Source: Bacteroidota bacterium (GTDB lineage: Bacteria; Bacteroidota; Bacteroidia; J057; JADKCL01). From it: a stretch of DNA of 64,000 nt. Made by a program: the position numbers and the translations under genes. The stretch lies in assembly GCA_031424495.1 (NCBI GenBank), contig JANPHP010000034.1, positions 28,804-92,803 on the forward strand. Reading direction: 5' to 3'. The notes beneath the pieces were generated by a model. The model saw nothing but the letters and a program-made list of their open reading frames with translations. It ran no database searches and was not told the DNA's origin. Below are positions 19,433 through 28,859 of the stretch, in pieces (position 1 is the first letter of the stretch; the number at the start of each line of letters is the position of its first letter).

Positions 19433-20569
19433 CTACTCCTTCACCTCAAAATTTTGCCCGAAGCGCTTGGTTTCGGTCTCGGCCAATATCAAATACTGGC
19501 CAGCGGGTAGTTTGCGACCCACCTTGAGCAAGCCTGGTACGCCTGCGTACACAAAATCATCAAACAAAATCGCGACCTCCATCCGCCGCTCATCATACAG
19601 CTTGATGCGCACCTGCTGCGAAAACTGCGAATTGAAACGGACCCGCAAGGGCCCCGCTCCGGTCGATGGTCCTTGCAAAACCTCCATGCTAAATTCTTCC
19701 TGTCCCTCCTCGGCCTTCACCTCCCGAATGCGGGAATAAATCTCACGCCCAGCTGCATCGATGTTGCGAATGCGGTAATAATAGGTCGTGCCAGGATCCA
19801 AACCCTCTTCATAATAGGCATATTGCCGCAGGTCACGGGTATCACCCTTGCTTTCCAGCGTGTCCACAGGCACAAATCGTTCGATGTCTGTGCTCTTCTC
19901 CACGATATGCAGGCGGCTGTCCTTCTCAAACGAAACCGTCCATTTCAGGTTCAAAATCCCCTCTTTGTAGCGCAGCGTCACATTTTGGTACTCCGTCGCC
20001 GGATTTTCCCGCAAGCTGCTCATTCGCCAGACACCCTTCACCTTCAAAAAAAACGATCCCGGGTCTGAGCCAGCAGTGAAGTGGTTCCAGATGGGCCTGT
20101 TTTCGGGGGGAATGTAGTAAGGGATCTTTTCGCGGCTATATGTATATAATGTGTCGCGGTCTGGGAGAAAGGGCACATTGGGAACTGGGCTGTAATACAA
20201 GCCCTCCAAAATGCGGCCCTTGGGATCAAAAAGCACGAGGTAATTGCCCTCATGCTCCAGCATCGGAAATCGGATCAAGAAGTCGGGCGTGGTCGCCAGA
20301 CTCAGATTCACGTCGGGGGCGCGGTTCTTCGCGAGCACGTAGGTGCCATGCGCGGGCACACGCACCTCTCCGGGCAGGCGCACGCTGTAGTCGCGCGTCA
20401 CGAGCAGGTAGCCTTCGAGCGATTGGCTGCTGTTGTCGGGGTTGTAAAACTCGACCCGGTGGCGATTGTCGCTCAGATAATTGCCCGGCACGATGCGGGA
20501 AATGAAAATGCTCTGCGAAAACGAGATTCCGCAGAGCATTATTCCCAGACCGGTGAGCAGGTACCGCAT
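19433..20569 (-). CDS. Secreted protein, lamin-tail-like N-domain, T9SS-type C-terminal domain
   Basis: Signal peptide MRYLLTGLGIMLCGISFSQS. The C-terminal ~80 aa resemble Por-secretion sorting domains. Confidence 0.55.
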   Translation of the reverse strand: MRYLLTGLGIMLCGISFSQSIFISRIVPGNYLSDNRHRVEFYNPDNSSQSLEGYLLVTRDYSVRLPGEVRVPAHGTYVLAKNRAPDVNLSLATTPDFLIRFPMLEHEGNYLVLFDPKGRILEGLYYSPVPNVPFLPDRDTLYTYSREKIPYYIPPENRPIWNHFTAGSDPGSFFLKVKGVWRMSSLRENPATEYQNVTLRYKEGILNLKWTVSFEKDSRLHIVEKSTDIERFVPVDTLESKGDTRDLRQYAYYEEGLDPGTTYYYRIRNIDAAGREIYSRIREVKAEEGQEEFSMEVLQGPSTGAGPLRVRFNSQFSQQVRIKLYDERRMEVAILFDDFVYAGVPGLLKVGRKLPAGQYLILAETETKRFGQNFEVKE

Positions 20570-20572
20570 GCC

Positions 20573-21859
20573 TCAGTCGATTACATAGACGATGAAGCGA
20601 TCTTTTTTACCGAGATTGACCAAGACAAACTGGTCATTGATGAGGTCCGCAGCGGTGATTGTGCGGCCATCGTCGATGGTCTTGGATGTATTGATGGCGA
20701 CACATGTGTCTTTTGTAACCTTGCGGCGCGCCTCACCTTTGGACGTCGTGGCCCCGACTTGCGTGAGAAAGTCGATGAGGTTGATGCCTTCGACAAGCGC
20801 GGAGCGCTCAATCGTGCCTTGCTTGACCCCATCAAAAATCTGCGCCACTTCCTTGGCAGACAATGCATTCAGATCGTCCAATCCGCCCTTGCCATGGAGT
20901 AGATTGGTTGCCCGCATGGCGCTCTGCAATCCCTCAACCCCATGAATACGTGTCGTCATCTCCTCGGCCAATGCCCTCTGCAGTGCATTGGGGCTGGTCG
21001 GCACGGCATCGATCATCGCTTGGATTTCATCTATCGGCTTGAGACTAAAGATTTTGGCAAGTTTGATGGAGTCCACATCGGTATTTTGGATCCAGAACTG
21101 GTAAAACTCATAAGTCGAAGTGAGCTCGGCGTCGAGGAAGATGTTTCCTTTCTCACTCTTGCCAAACTTGGCGCCATCAGCCTTGGTGATGAGTGGGCAG
21201 GTGAATGCATAGACCTCCTCTTGGTGACCCAAGATTTTGCGGATCATCTCCATGCCTGCGGTGATATTGCCAAACTGGTCAGAGCCACCAAACTGCAAGT
21301 GACAGTTCTCCTTTTGGTGCAGGTGCAAGAAGTCGTAGCCCTGAATCAGTTGATAGCTAAACTCTGTGAATGAGATGCCATCGCCAGTCTCCATTCGGTT
21401 TTTGACCGAGTCCTTGCTGAGCATATAACTCACTGTCAGATATTTGCCCACATCGCGAAGGAATCCCAAAAAGCTGTATTCCTTGAACCAATCGTAGTTG
21501 TTGACGATGCGCGCAGGGTTTTCTGTCGCATCAAAATCGAGAAAGCGACCGAGCTGCTCGCGCATACAAGCGAGGTTGCGGTCGAGCGTTTCCTCACTGA
21601 GCATGTTGCGTTCGGCCGATTTGCCTGAGGGGTCGCCGATGCGGCCTGTCGCCCCACCGATGAGGGCGATGGGGTGGTGACCATGGCGCTGAAAATGCAA
21701 CAATAGCATGACAGGCACCAAATTGCCGATGCCCAAGGACGCTGCCGTGGGGTCAAAACCGACATAGCCGCTTACCTTGTTGTTGTTGAGCCATTCTTCG
21801 GTACCGGGGGTGATGTCTTGGATCATCCCTCTCCATTTTAATTCTTCTATTAGTCGCAT
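20573..21859 (-). CDS. tyrS: Tyrosine--tRNA ligase
   Basis: Class I HIGH-like motif (GFDPTAASLGIGN), KMSKS equivalent (KFGKS), S4 domain at C-terminus. Confidence 0.9.
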   Translation of the reverse strand: MRLIEELKWRGMIQDITPGTEEWLNNNKVSGYVGFDPTAASLGIGNLVPVMLLLHFQRHGHHPIALIGGATGRIGDPSGKSAERNMLSEETLDRNLACMREQLGRFLDFDATENPARIVNNYDWFKEYSFLGFLRDVGKYLTVSYMLSKDSVKNRMETGDGISFTEFSYQLIQGYDFLHLHQKENCHLQFGGSDQFGNITAGMEMIRKILGHQEEVYAFTCPLITKADGAKFGKSEKGNIFLDAELTSTYEFYQFWIQNTDVDSIKLAKIFSLKPIDEIQAMIDAVPTSPNALQRALAEEMTTRIHGVEGLQSAMRATNLLHGKGGLDDLNALSAKEVAQIFDGVKQGTIERSALVEGINLIDFLTQVGATTSKGEARRKVTKDTCVAINTSKTIDDGRTITAADLINDQFVLVNLGKKDRFIVYVID

Positions 21860-22094
21860 TTTTCCTTATATTTGCACTCCCGCTGGGCAAAATTACAGTA
21901 TAGGCACATTAGAAGAAAGCTCAGGAAGGCGGGGAATGAAAAGAACTGCTCCAATGCGAAAATTTGATCTCAAAAACGCAAAGGGTTGGTAACTGTTGTG
22001 GTTTTTTTATTTATCTTGTGAAGGTTTATTGATCTCTACTCACCCGAAATAGGACAATCAGGGGAATGTCGTGATCAAATACATTTTGATAATT

Positions 22095-23411
22095 ATGAGG
22101 GCACTCAAAATCCACATTCTCCTTCTGCTGACCGTCTTCACGATGTTGGGCGCAAACTTGTTTGCCCAAGGCGCGGGGAAGGCATCCTACATCCAGGCAG
22201 AAAACCTCCGTAAGTCCAAGCGCTATCAAGAAGCGATTGACAAGTACGACGAGGCGATCAAGCTTGAGGTAGGCAACTACCGCTACTACTTCTCGCGTGG
22301 CAAATGCTATTATGCCATGAAGGAGTATGACCTCGCCCTCTCCTCTTTTGAGGAAACGGTCGAGTACAAAAAAGACTTCGTGTTCGCTTACACCCTGATC
22401 GCCAAGATTTATCGTCGCAAGGAAGATTTGCCAAATGCGATCTACTATTACGACCTAGCATTCCAAAACGAGCAGGATCCCAAGCGCAAGGTTGGCTATA
22501 AAATGGAAGCGATCAAGCTGCTACTTCAGCAAAACAAAACCGCTGAAGCCCAAAAGCATCTCGCCGAAGTCAAAGCCGTCGCCCCCGACAACCTCAACAT
22601 TCTCTACTTTGACGCCAAAATCTCCAACCAAAATGGAGATTATGAAAACGCCAAAAGCAGCATGTTGACCGCCACGGCATCTCCAGCGATGGCCACTGAA
22701 GCACCAGCAAACGCAGCTAAGTATTGGTATGAGCTGGGCTATGCCTACAACAAAATGGGCGACTTCCAAAATGCTCAAAAGGCATGGGAAAAAGCCTACT
22801 TTGGTAAATACAAGCCGCTGATCGATCGCGAAAAGTCGATCAACAGCCCTGCATATTTCTATCGCATGGCTGTCTCCTATTATATGATCAATGCCTTTGA
22901 CGAGTGCAAGCAGCAGATCGACAAAGCTTTGGAGTTGCAAAACAACTTCTCTGCAGCCTACTTGCTCATGGGCAAGATGGACAAGAAGCGTGGCAATTTC
23001 TCTGGCGCCGTCGAGAATTACAAGAGCGCTGCCAACTTTGAAACCGATCCTGCCAAAAAAGGCAAGCTCGAGTCGATGTTGGTTTCCTTGCAAGTTGATG
23101 CAGAAGACTTCAATGGTGCCGTCAATACTGCCAACAGTGTGCTCGGCAAGCAGCCCAATAGCCCACAGGTGATTTACCTCAAGGCGCTGTCACAATACCG
23201 CCTCGGTCAATACAACAGCGCAATCAGCTCTTTGGAGTCCTTGATGGCGACCACCACCGATCAGATCACCAAAGCCAAGTACAACTTCATCATTGGGATG
23301 TGTGCACGCACAACCGACGTTGAAAAAGCCAAGGCTTCGTTCAAAAATGCAATGTTTGGCCCCTATAAGCCTGCTGCCAAAAATGAGCTGGACAAGCTTA
23401 TGAAAGGCTAA
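22095..23411 (+). CDS. TPR-repeat protein with signal peptide
   Basis: Multiple 34-aa TPR-like units (W-LG-Y, A-F-A-P patterns). Signal MRALKIHILLLLTVFTMLGANLFAQGA. Confidence 0.7.
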   Translation: MRALKIHILLLLTVFTMLGANLFAQGAGKASYIQAENLRKSKRYQEAIDKYDEAIKLEVGNYRYYFSRGKCYYAMKEYDLALSSFEETVEYKKDFVFAYTLIAKIYRRKEDLPNAIYYYDLAFQNEQDPKRKVGYKMEAIKLLLQQNKTAEAQKHLAEVKAVAPDNLNILYFDAKISNQNGDYENAKSSMLTATASPAMATEAPANAAKYWYELGYAYNKMGDFQNAQKAWEKAYFGKYKPLIDREKSINSPAYFYRMAVSYYMINAFDECKQQIDKALELQNNFSAAYLLMGKMDKKRGNFSGAVENYKSAANFETDPAKKGKLESMLVSLQVDAEDFNGAVNTANSVLGKQPNSPQVIYLKALSQYRLGQYNSAISSLESLMATTTDQITKAKYNFIIGMCARTTDVEKAKASFKNAMFGPYKPAAKNELDKLMKG

Positions 23412-23431
23412 TCCTTAAAGGACCACCGATA

Positions 23432-23471
23432 AAAGCGAAAGGCGATCCATTGGATCGCCCTTCGCTTTTTT
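23432..23471 (+). terminator. Rho-independent terminator
   Basis: agcgaaaggcgatcc-attgg-atcgcccttcgct + TTTTTT. Confidence 0.7.
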
Positions 23472-23655
23472 ATGGGTGCGCTTCGGACTAGAAATCAATC
23501 AGATATTGTTCGCATATTGGTTACCGGTATTACGCGTAGCGGCAGGGCATGCCCTGCCGCTACTCATGATCAAATTGAAAAATGGCCATTCCAACGGAAC
23601 TGGCATGGATCAATCAAAATTTCAAACGCAGCTGGCGTTTTTTTCGCTCCAATTC

Positions 23656-24834
23656 TCAGCCTTCTGTAAACTCAAACTCGCCGAGCGAGGACTTCACAGT
23701 CAGTTTCGGCGTGGCAGCCGGCTCTACCCTCCCGATCACGCGTGCATCAATGTTGTAGCCGCGCGCCATCTCAATGAGTCCCACCGCAGTCGCTTCGTCG
23801 GTGTACACCTCTAGCAAGTGGCCCATGTTAAAGACTTTGTACATCTCGCGGCCGCCAGCGCCAGAAGCCGCCTGTATCAGTTCAAACAAGCGGGGCGTCT
23901 CGAAGAGATTGTCTTTGACGATATGCCCCTGCGTGGCAAATTTCAAAACCTTGGTTTGGCCGCCGCCTGTGCAGTGGATGATAGCCTTGATTTGCGAACG
24001 GTATTCACGGAGCATCTGATCGGCCAAAGGCAGATAGGTGCGCGTAGGACTCAGCACCATTTTCCCGATGGTGAGTCCGGTGACTGCATCGACATCTGTG
24101 AGGCGATGCGGGCCGGTGTAGACGAGGTCCGTCGGGAGCGACGGGTCGTAGGACTCGGAGTATGCCGCAGCGTAGTCGTGGTGAAACAGGTCGTGCCGTG
24201 CACTCGTGAGCCCATTGCTGCCCATGCCTGCGTTGTATTCCTGCTCATAGCTAGCCTGCCCATGGCTGGCAAATGCGACGATCACTTGGCCAGGCGCAAC
24301 ATTTGCCTCCACGATATGCGTTCTCGGCAATCTGCAAAACACCGTTGAATCCACGATGAGCGAGCGCACGAGGTCGCCTACATCGGCAGTTTCACCGCCA
24401 GTAGATTGCATGGCGATCCCATGATCGCGCATCGTTTGCAAAAATTCCTCCGTCCCATCGATCAGAGCGGAAATGACTTCGCCAGGCACACGATTCTTGT
24501 TGCGGCCGATCGTGCTCGACAACAAGATGTCTTGTGTCGCGCCCACGCAGAGCAGGTCATCGGTATTCATGACGATGGCATCTTGGGCGATGCCTCTCCA
24601 GACCGAGAGGTCGCCCGTCTCCCGCCAATACATCCACGCAAGCGAAGATTTGGTGCCGGCACCATCTGCGTGCATGATGTTGCAGTAGTCTGCATCATGT
24701 GCCACAAGGTCTGCGACGACCTTGCAAAAGGCATTGGGAAAGAGGCCCTTGTCGAGCTTGGCGATCGCAGCGTGCACGTCTTCCTTGGAGGATGACACGC
24801 CACGCTGTTCATAGCGATTGCTGTTTGGATTCAT
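23656..24834 (-). CDS. purM: Phosphoribosylformylglycinamidine cyclo-ligase (AIR synthetase), long Bacteroidota form
   Basis: N-terminus YEQRGVSSSKEDVHAAI and HADGAGTKSSLA parallel the PurM ATP-binding segments (GVD...GTDGVGTKL). Confidence 0.7.
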   Translation of the reverse strand: MNPNSNRYEQRGVSSSKEDVHAAIAKLDKGLFPNAFCKVVADLVAHDADYCNIMHADGAGTKSSLAWMYWRETGDLSVWRGIAQDAIVMNTDDLLCVGATQDILLSSTIGRNKNRVPGEVISALIDGTEEFLQTMRDHGIAMQSTGGETADVGDLVRSLIVDSTVFCRLPRTHIVEANVAPGQVIVAFASHGQASYEQEYNAGMGSNGLTSARHDLFHHDYAAAYSESYDPSLPTDLVYTGPHRLTDVDAVTGLTIGKMVLSPTRTYLPLADQMLREYRSQIKAIIHCTGGGQTKVLKFATQGHIVKDNLFETPRLFELIQAASGAGGREMYKVFNMGHLLEVYTDEATAVGLIEMARGYNIDARVIGRVEPAATPKLTVKSSLGEFEFTEG

Positions 24835-24903
24835 CTTTTTGGGAATGCAAAGAGGGCAAACGCTACCGTCTGCCCTCTTCTATTTTCTATTCAGAACCGC
24901 ATC

Positions 24904-26997
24904 TTAGCGGTTGTAGTCCATGGATTGGATTCGGAATTCGGTGCGGCGGTTGAGCTGCTCCTCTTCGTCATTCTTCTCTGGGAAGTAAAGCAGTTGTGAC
25001 TCACCGTAACCAAACCACTTCAAGCGTGCACCTTCGATGCCTTTTTGCTGCAAATAACCTACAGCAGATTGGGCACGGCGCTCAGACAAATCCTTGTTCA
25101 TGTCTTCGCCACCATTGGAGTCGGTGTGTGAACCGATTTGGATGGAAATGTGTGGATTCTTGACCAAGAGGTTGTTGAGCGAGTCCAACTCGATCATTGC
25201 CGACGGGCGCAAATCAGCCTTGGCGTAGTCATAATAGATGTTGTTGAGCTTGATTGGATTCTCGATGATGATCCTTTCCAACTCAATGGCTACGTTGATC
25301 TCGATATCGTTTTTGGGATCGGTCGTCTTCGTTTCAAAGACTTCTTCATTCACCAAATACTCACGTGCGTTGCCGATCACTTTGTATTTCTTGTTGCACT
25401 CCAACTCAAAGTTGTAAGCTGCGCTTTGATCTGCTTTGAATGTATCCAATGGGATCAAGTCGCCTGCGACGTCGTACTCATAGAGGAGAACGATCGCAAA
25501 TGGAACCGGCTGCTTGGTGCGCTTGTCGAGCACTGTACCGTGAACAGCAAATTCGCAAGGAGGCATACCGACTTTTTTGGTCCAGTAGATATCGTCGCGG
25601 CCTGTACAGCTTGGACGGTTGGAGGTAAAGTAAGCTGAGCTATCGTCTTTGCTCCAAACACCTGCGAGATCGTCATAGGTGGTGTTGATGGGTGCTCCCA
25701 TATTTTCTGGATCGCTCCAAGCGCCCATACCGCCGACCGACTGATAGAGGTCAAAGCCACCAAAGCCGATGCGACCGTTGGATGAGAAGTAGAGCGAATT
25801 GCCGTCGTTGCTGATATCTGGGCTGATGTCGTCAAACGGAGTGTTGATGCGTTCGCCCAAGTTTTGTGGCTCAGACCATGAATCACCTTGGAACGTGGCG
25901 TACCAAATGTCCAAACGACCGACGCTTCCGTCACGGTCTGAGACAAAGTACATGGTATTGCCATCTGAGCTCAAGTTAGGGTGCACGTCATACGTCGCAA
26001 CCTTCTTGACCTTGCCACGGGAGTCGACGACGACGTCTTTGCTACCGCGCAAGCCCTCAACGAGCTTGGGTTTGCCCCACTTGCTGCTGCGGGAATCATA
26101 TTTGGCCTCATAAATCGAGCAACCATAGCCTAATTTGCCTTGGTTACAGATCGAGTAGTACATCGTCATGCCATCAGGAGAGAAGGTGGCGTTGCCGTCG
26201 TTGTACTTCTTGTTGATCTTTTTGCCCATGTTTTCGGCTTTGCCAAACGTGGTATCGTCCTCGATTTTGATCATCCAAAGGTCAGAGTAGCCTTCATTGT
26301 AAGATTCAAAGATGTTGCTCTCCTTGACCTTCTTTTCTTTCTTTTTCTTCTTGCCTTTGGCGTCTGGCTTCATGGATGCTGGACGGCTAGAAGTGATCAC
26401 CATGTATTTGTCGTCTTCGCCGCGCTCCATCACAGATGGAAAGTTGTCACCCATTGCAGTGTTGATGTCGAGGCAGGTGACGCGCCACTTTGGATCAAGC
26501 TTGCGTTGCTCATCGACAAATTTACAACCGTTGACTTCAAGCTTGCAGCGCTTGAGGTAGTCGTCATCTTCTTTCCAACGCTTTTGAAACTCCTTGAATT
26601 GCACAAGGGCGTCGTTGTGACGATCCAAGACGCGCAAGGTGATTCCGTACTCAAAGTACACGGTGTCATTAGCGTTTTTGTCGATCTCGATGGCGCTCTC
26701 AAAGTAGCGTGCGGCATCATCGTACTCTTGGATAAAATAGCTACACTTGGCTACACGCACCGTGGCCAAGTAGTTGCTGGGATCCTTTTTCAAGACCTCC
26801 ACGTATGCTTCTTTGGCTTTTGCAAAGCGCTGTGCGCGGTACAAATCGTTGGCCAATTGAAGAATTTTTTCGGGGCTTCCCTTGAACTCAGACTTCGTGT
26901 CTCCACCGCCCTTTTGCGCAAAACTGCGGGCAGGGGCGGCAATCACCAAGATAAGAACAATTAGAAGTGTGCTTAAAGCAAAACGGTTCGCACCCAT
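24904..26997 (-). CDS. OmpA-family protein with N-terminal TPR and TolB-like beta-propeller repeats
   Basis: Signal peptide. C-terminal OmpA/MotB peptidoglycan-binding motif (...RAQSAVGYL...NRRTEFRI). Repeated WD40/TolB-like YF-S-R units. Confidence 0.8.
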   Translation of the reverse strand: MGANRFALSTLLIVLILVIAAPARSFAQKGGGDTKSEFKGSPEKILQLANDLYRAQRFAKAKEAYVEVLKKDPSNYLATVRVAKCSYFIQEYDDAARYFESAIEIDKNANDTVYFEYGITLRVLDRHNDALVQFKEFQKRWKEDDDYLKRCKLEVNGCKFVDEQRKLDPKWRVTCLDINTAMGDNFPSVMERGEDDKYMVITSSRPASMKPDAKGKKKKKEKKVKESNIFESYNEGYSDLWMIKIEDDTTFGKAENMGKKINKKYNDGNATFSPDGMTMYYSICNQGKLGYGCSIYEAKYDSRSSKWGKPKLVEGLRGSKDVVVDSRGKVKKVATYDVHPNLSSDGNTMYFVSDRDGSVGRLDIWYATFQGDSWSEPQNLGERINTPFDDISPDISNDGNSLYFSSNGRIGFGGFDLYQSVGGMGAWSDPENMGAPINTTYDDLAGVWSKDDSSAYFTSNRPSCTGRDDIYWTKKVGMPPCEFAVHGTVLDKRTKQPVPFAIVLLYEYDVAGDLIPLDTFKADQSAAYNFELECNKKYKVIGNAREYLVNEEVFETKTTDPKNDIEINVAIELERIIIENPIKLNNIYYDYAKADLRPSAMIELDSLNNLLVKNPHISIQIGSHTDSNGGEDMNKDLSERRAQSAVGYLQQKGIEGARLKWFGYGESQLLYFPEKNDEEEQLNRRTEFRIQSMDYNR

Positions 26998-27097
26998 ATT
27001 TTAATCTCGTAGTCAGGGGTATAATCGCCTCAACAAGTGCTAATCAGCAAAATTTAAGCAACAAACATAGGAAATTAACACCGCATGAACAAAAGAT

Positions 27098-27832
27098 TTA
27101 GAACAAAATTAGCCACAGCATAAAATCGCCTATCAATATAAAAACGGCCGACAGCACAAATGACGATATCGTCGACTTGCCTACGCCCTTAGCCCCTCCT
27201 GTCGTGGACAATCCCATATAACACCCTATCAATGAAATCAGTAGCCCAAAAAAGCACGCTTTTTCCAAGCCACCAAAGAGGTCACGCACCTGAAAAAAGG
27301 TGTGGATCGAGTCCAAAAACGTTGCATAGCTGATGTCCAAAAAATAGTTCGATACCAGGTAGGCGCCGACTACCGAGACTAGATTTGCAAACATGGTCAG
27401 GACTGGCATCATGATCGTAAGTCCCAAAACACGTGGCAAAACCAAGTAACGCACGGGGTTTAGCGCCATCGTGCGCAAGGCATCGACCTGCTGCGTCACG
27501 ACCATCGTGCCGATTTCGGCGGTCATCGATGCGCCAATGCGTCCAGCCACGACCAGCGCCGTCAACACCGGGCCCATCTCCATTACTGCGATGCGCGCAA
27601 CCTGCCCGCCCATGATGTCGAGCGACACCAAACCCGAAAACTGGTAAGCAGCCTGCCAGGCAATGATCGTCCCAGCAAAAAAGCCGACCAGCAATACCAG
27701 GGGGATGGAATTCACGCCGACATGGTCCAACTGAAATGCGAGCCGCCGCCGATCATGAAATGCATAGCGCAGGTTGAGCACCACTTGGAGGCTGAGATAG
27801 CCAAATTCGCCGAGCCGGGTGAATGTTTTCAC
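27098..27832 (-). CDS. mlaE: MlaE-family ABC transporter permease
   Basis: 244 aa, 5-6 TM segments, conserved MlaE/Ttg2B regions (GPVLTALVVAGRIGASMTAEIGTM..V..ALR). Confidence 0.8.
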   Translation of the reverse strand: MKTFTRLGEFGYLSLQVVLNLRYAFHDRRRLAFQLDHVGVNSIPLVLLVGFFAGTIIAWQAAYQFSGLVSLDIMGGQVARIAVMEMGPVLTALVVAGRIGASMTAEIGTMVVTQQVDALRTMALNPVRYLVLPRVLGLTIMMPVLTMFANLVSVVGAYLVSNYFLDISYATFLDSIHTFFQVRDLFGGLEKACFFGLLISLIGCYMGLSTTGGAKGVGKSTISSFVLSAVFILIGDFMLWLILF

Positions 27833-28131
27833 AATTCAAAGCTACGAAAATGCGATTGCCGCTTCAAGATTGATTGTGTGGTGGATGTCGATCATTCACG
27901 CCGCAATCAACCTGGACTCTCGCCAAGCATGGTCGCCATAACGCTGGGCTATGATCTCAATTCCCTCTTTTCCGATCGCCATTGCCCAAAATTATTGCAT
28001 GGAATAGAAATGCTTGTGCCTGCGGCGTATAAACAATCCGAGGCCAACCTTGCGGTTGGCCCCGGAAGAACCCATTACAAAACAAACCTCAAACCTTAAA
28101 TTCTTTTACAACGCTGTCAACAGTGGGTGCA

Positions 28132-28578
28132 TCAGTTGATGCTGATCTCGCGGGTTGGCTTGTCGAGCGCTTCTTCGCGCTTGGGCAAGCTCAGGTGCAA
28201 GACGCCATTCTCATATTTGGCATCGATTTTTTCTTGGTCGATGGTCTTCGGCAATTGGAAGCTGCGCTCAAATGCGTTGTAGGAGTATTCGCGGCGCAGG
28301 TACTTGTCTTCGACTTCTTCGCTGGACTTGATTTTCTCGACTTTGATGGTCAAAACGTCTTTTTCCAAGGAGAGTTTGAAGTCAGACTTGTCCAAGCCTG
28401 GGGCAGCGACTTCGATGCGGTAACCTTCGGCTGTTTCAGCGACATTCACTGCAGGCACGGTGCCATTGTGAACCCTGTCCTGAAAAGCTGGGCGCAAAAA
28501 GTCGTTTGCGAAAAAGCTGTCGAAAAATCCGCCGTTTTGGCGCTTACGATTCACGTTAGGAACATTTACGAGTGTCAT
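28132..28578 (-). CDS. Hsp20/alpha-crystallin small heat-shock protein
   Basis: ACD core P-VNV-E----Y-I-V--PG----D--L-----VL-I...A-YENGVL-L-LPK. Confidence 0.85.
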   Translation of the reverse strand: MTLVNVPNVNRKRQNGGFFDSFFANDFLRPAFQDRVHNGTVPAVNVAETAEGYRIEVAAPGLDKSDFKLSLEKDVLTIKVEKIKSSEEVEDKYLRREYSYNAFERSFQLPKTIDQEKIDAKYENGVLHLSLPKREEALDKPTREISIN

Positions 28579-28640
28579 TGTCTTCTTATTTTTAAGTGAT
28601 ACTGATTTTAAATAGACAATGACCTCCTTTCAAGTCTTGT

Positions 28641-28745
28641 GCCAATGGGTTTTGGCATGGGATTTCTGCCATTTTGGCATTTATTTATTTTGGTTCACTG
28701 CCATTTTGTCGGTTTTTGTGTTTTGGAGCAGTGCCATTTTGTCAT
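28641..28745. promoter_or_regulatory. Phased TGCCATTTTG(G/T)C direct repeats upstream of hsp20
   Basis: Three copies at 28667, 28699, 28732 (32-33 bp phasing). The first is a perfect palindrome TGCCA-ttt-TGGCA. A fourth degenerate copy is at 28641. Confidence 0.4.
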
Positions 28746-28859
28746 CTACCTAGCTTAGGAACGGATATCCCGCGCCAATTGTAGCGTCATGCCAGTTTTC
28801 GAAGTCTGCAAATTCTTCAGCCGTTCAGGGAAAAACTCCCCAAAAGCATCCTCAATCGA

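Noticed and set aside
25138-26964. Plus-strand ORFs (166 and 274 aa) inside the OmpA-family gene
   Set aside because: Antisense to a 697-aa gene with signal peptide and OmpA C-terminal domain. Val/Asp/Phe-rich low-complexity translation.
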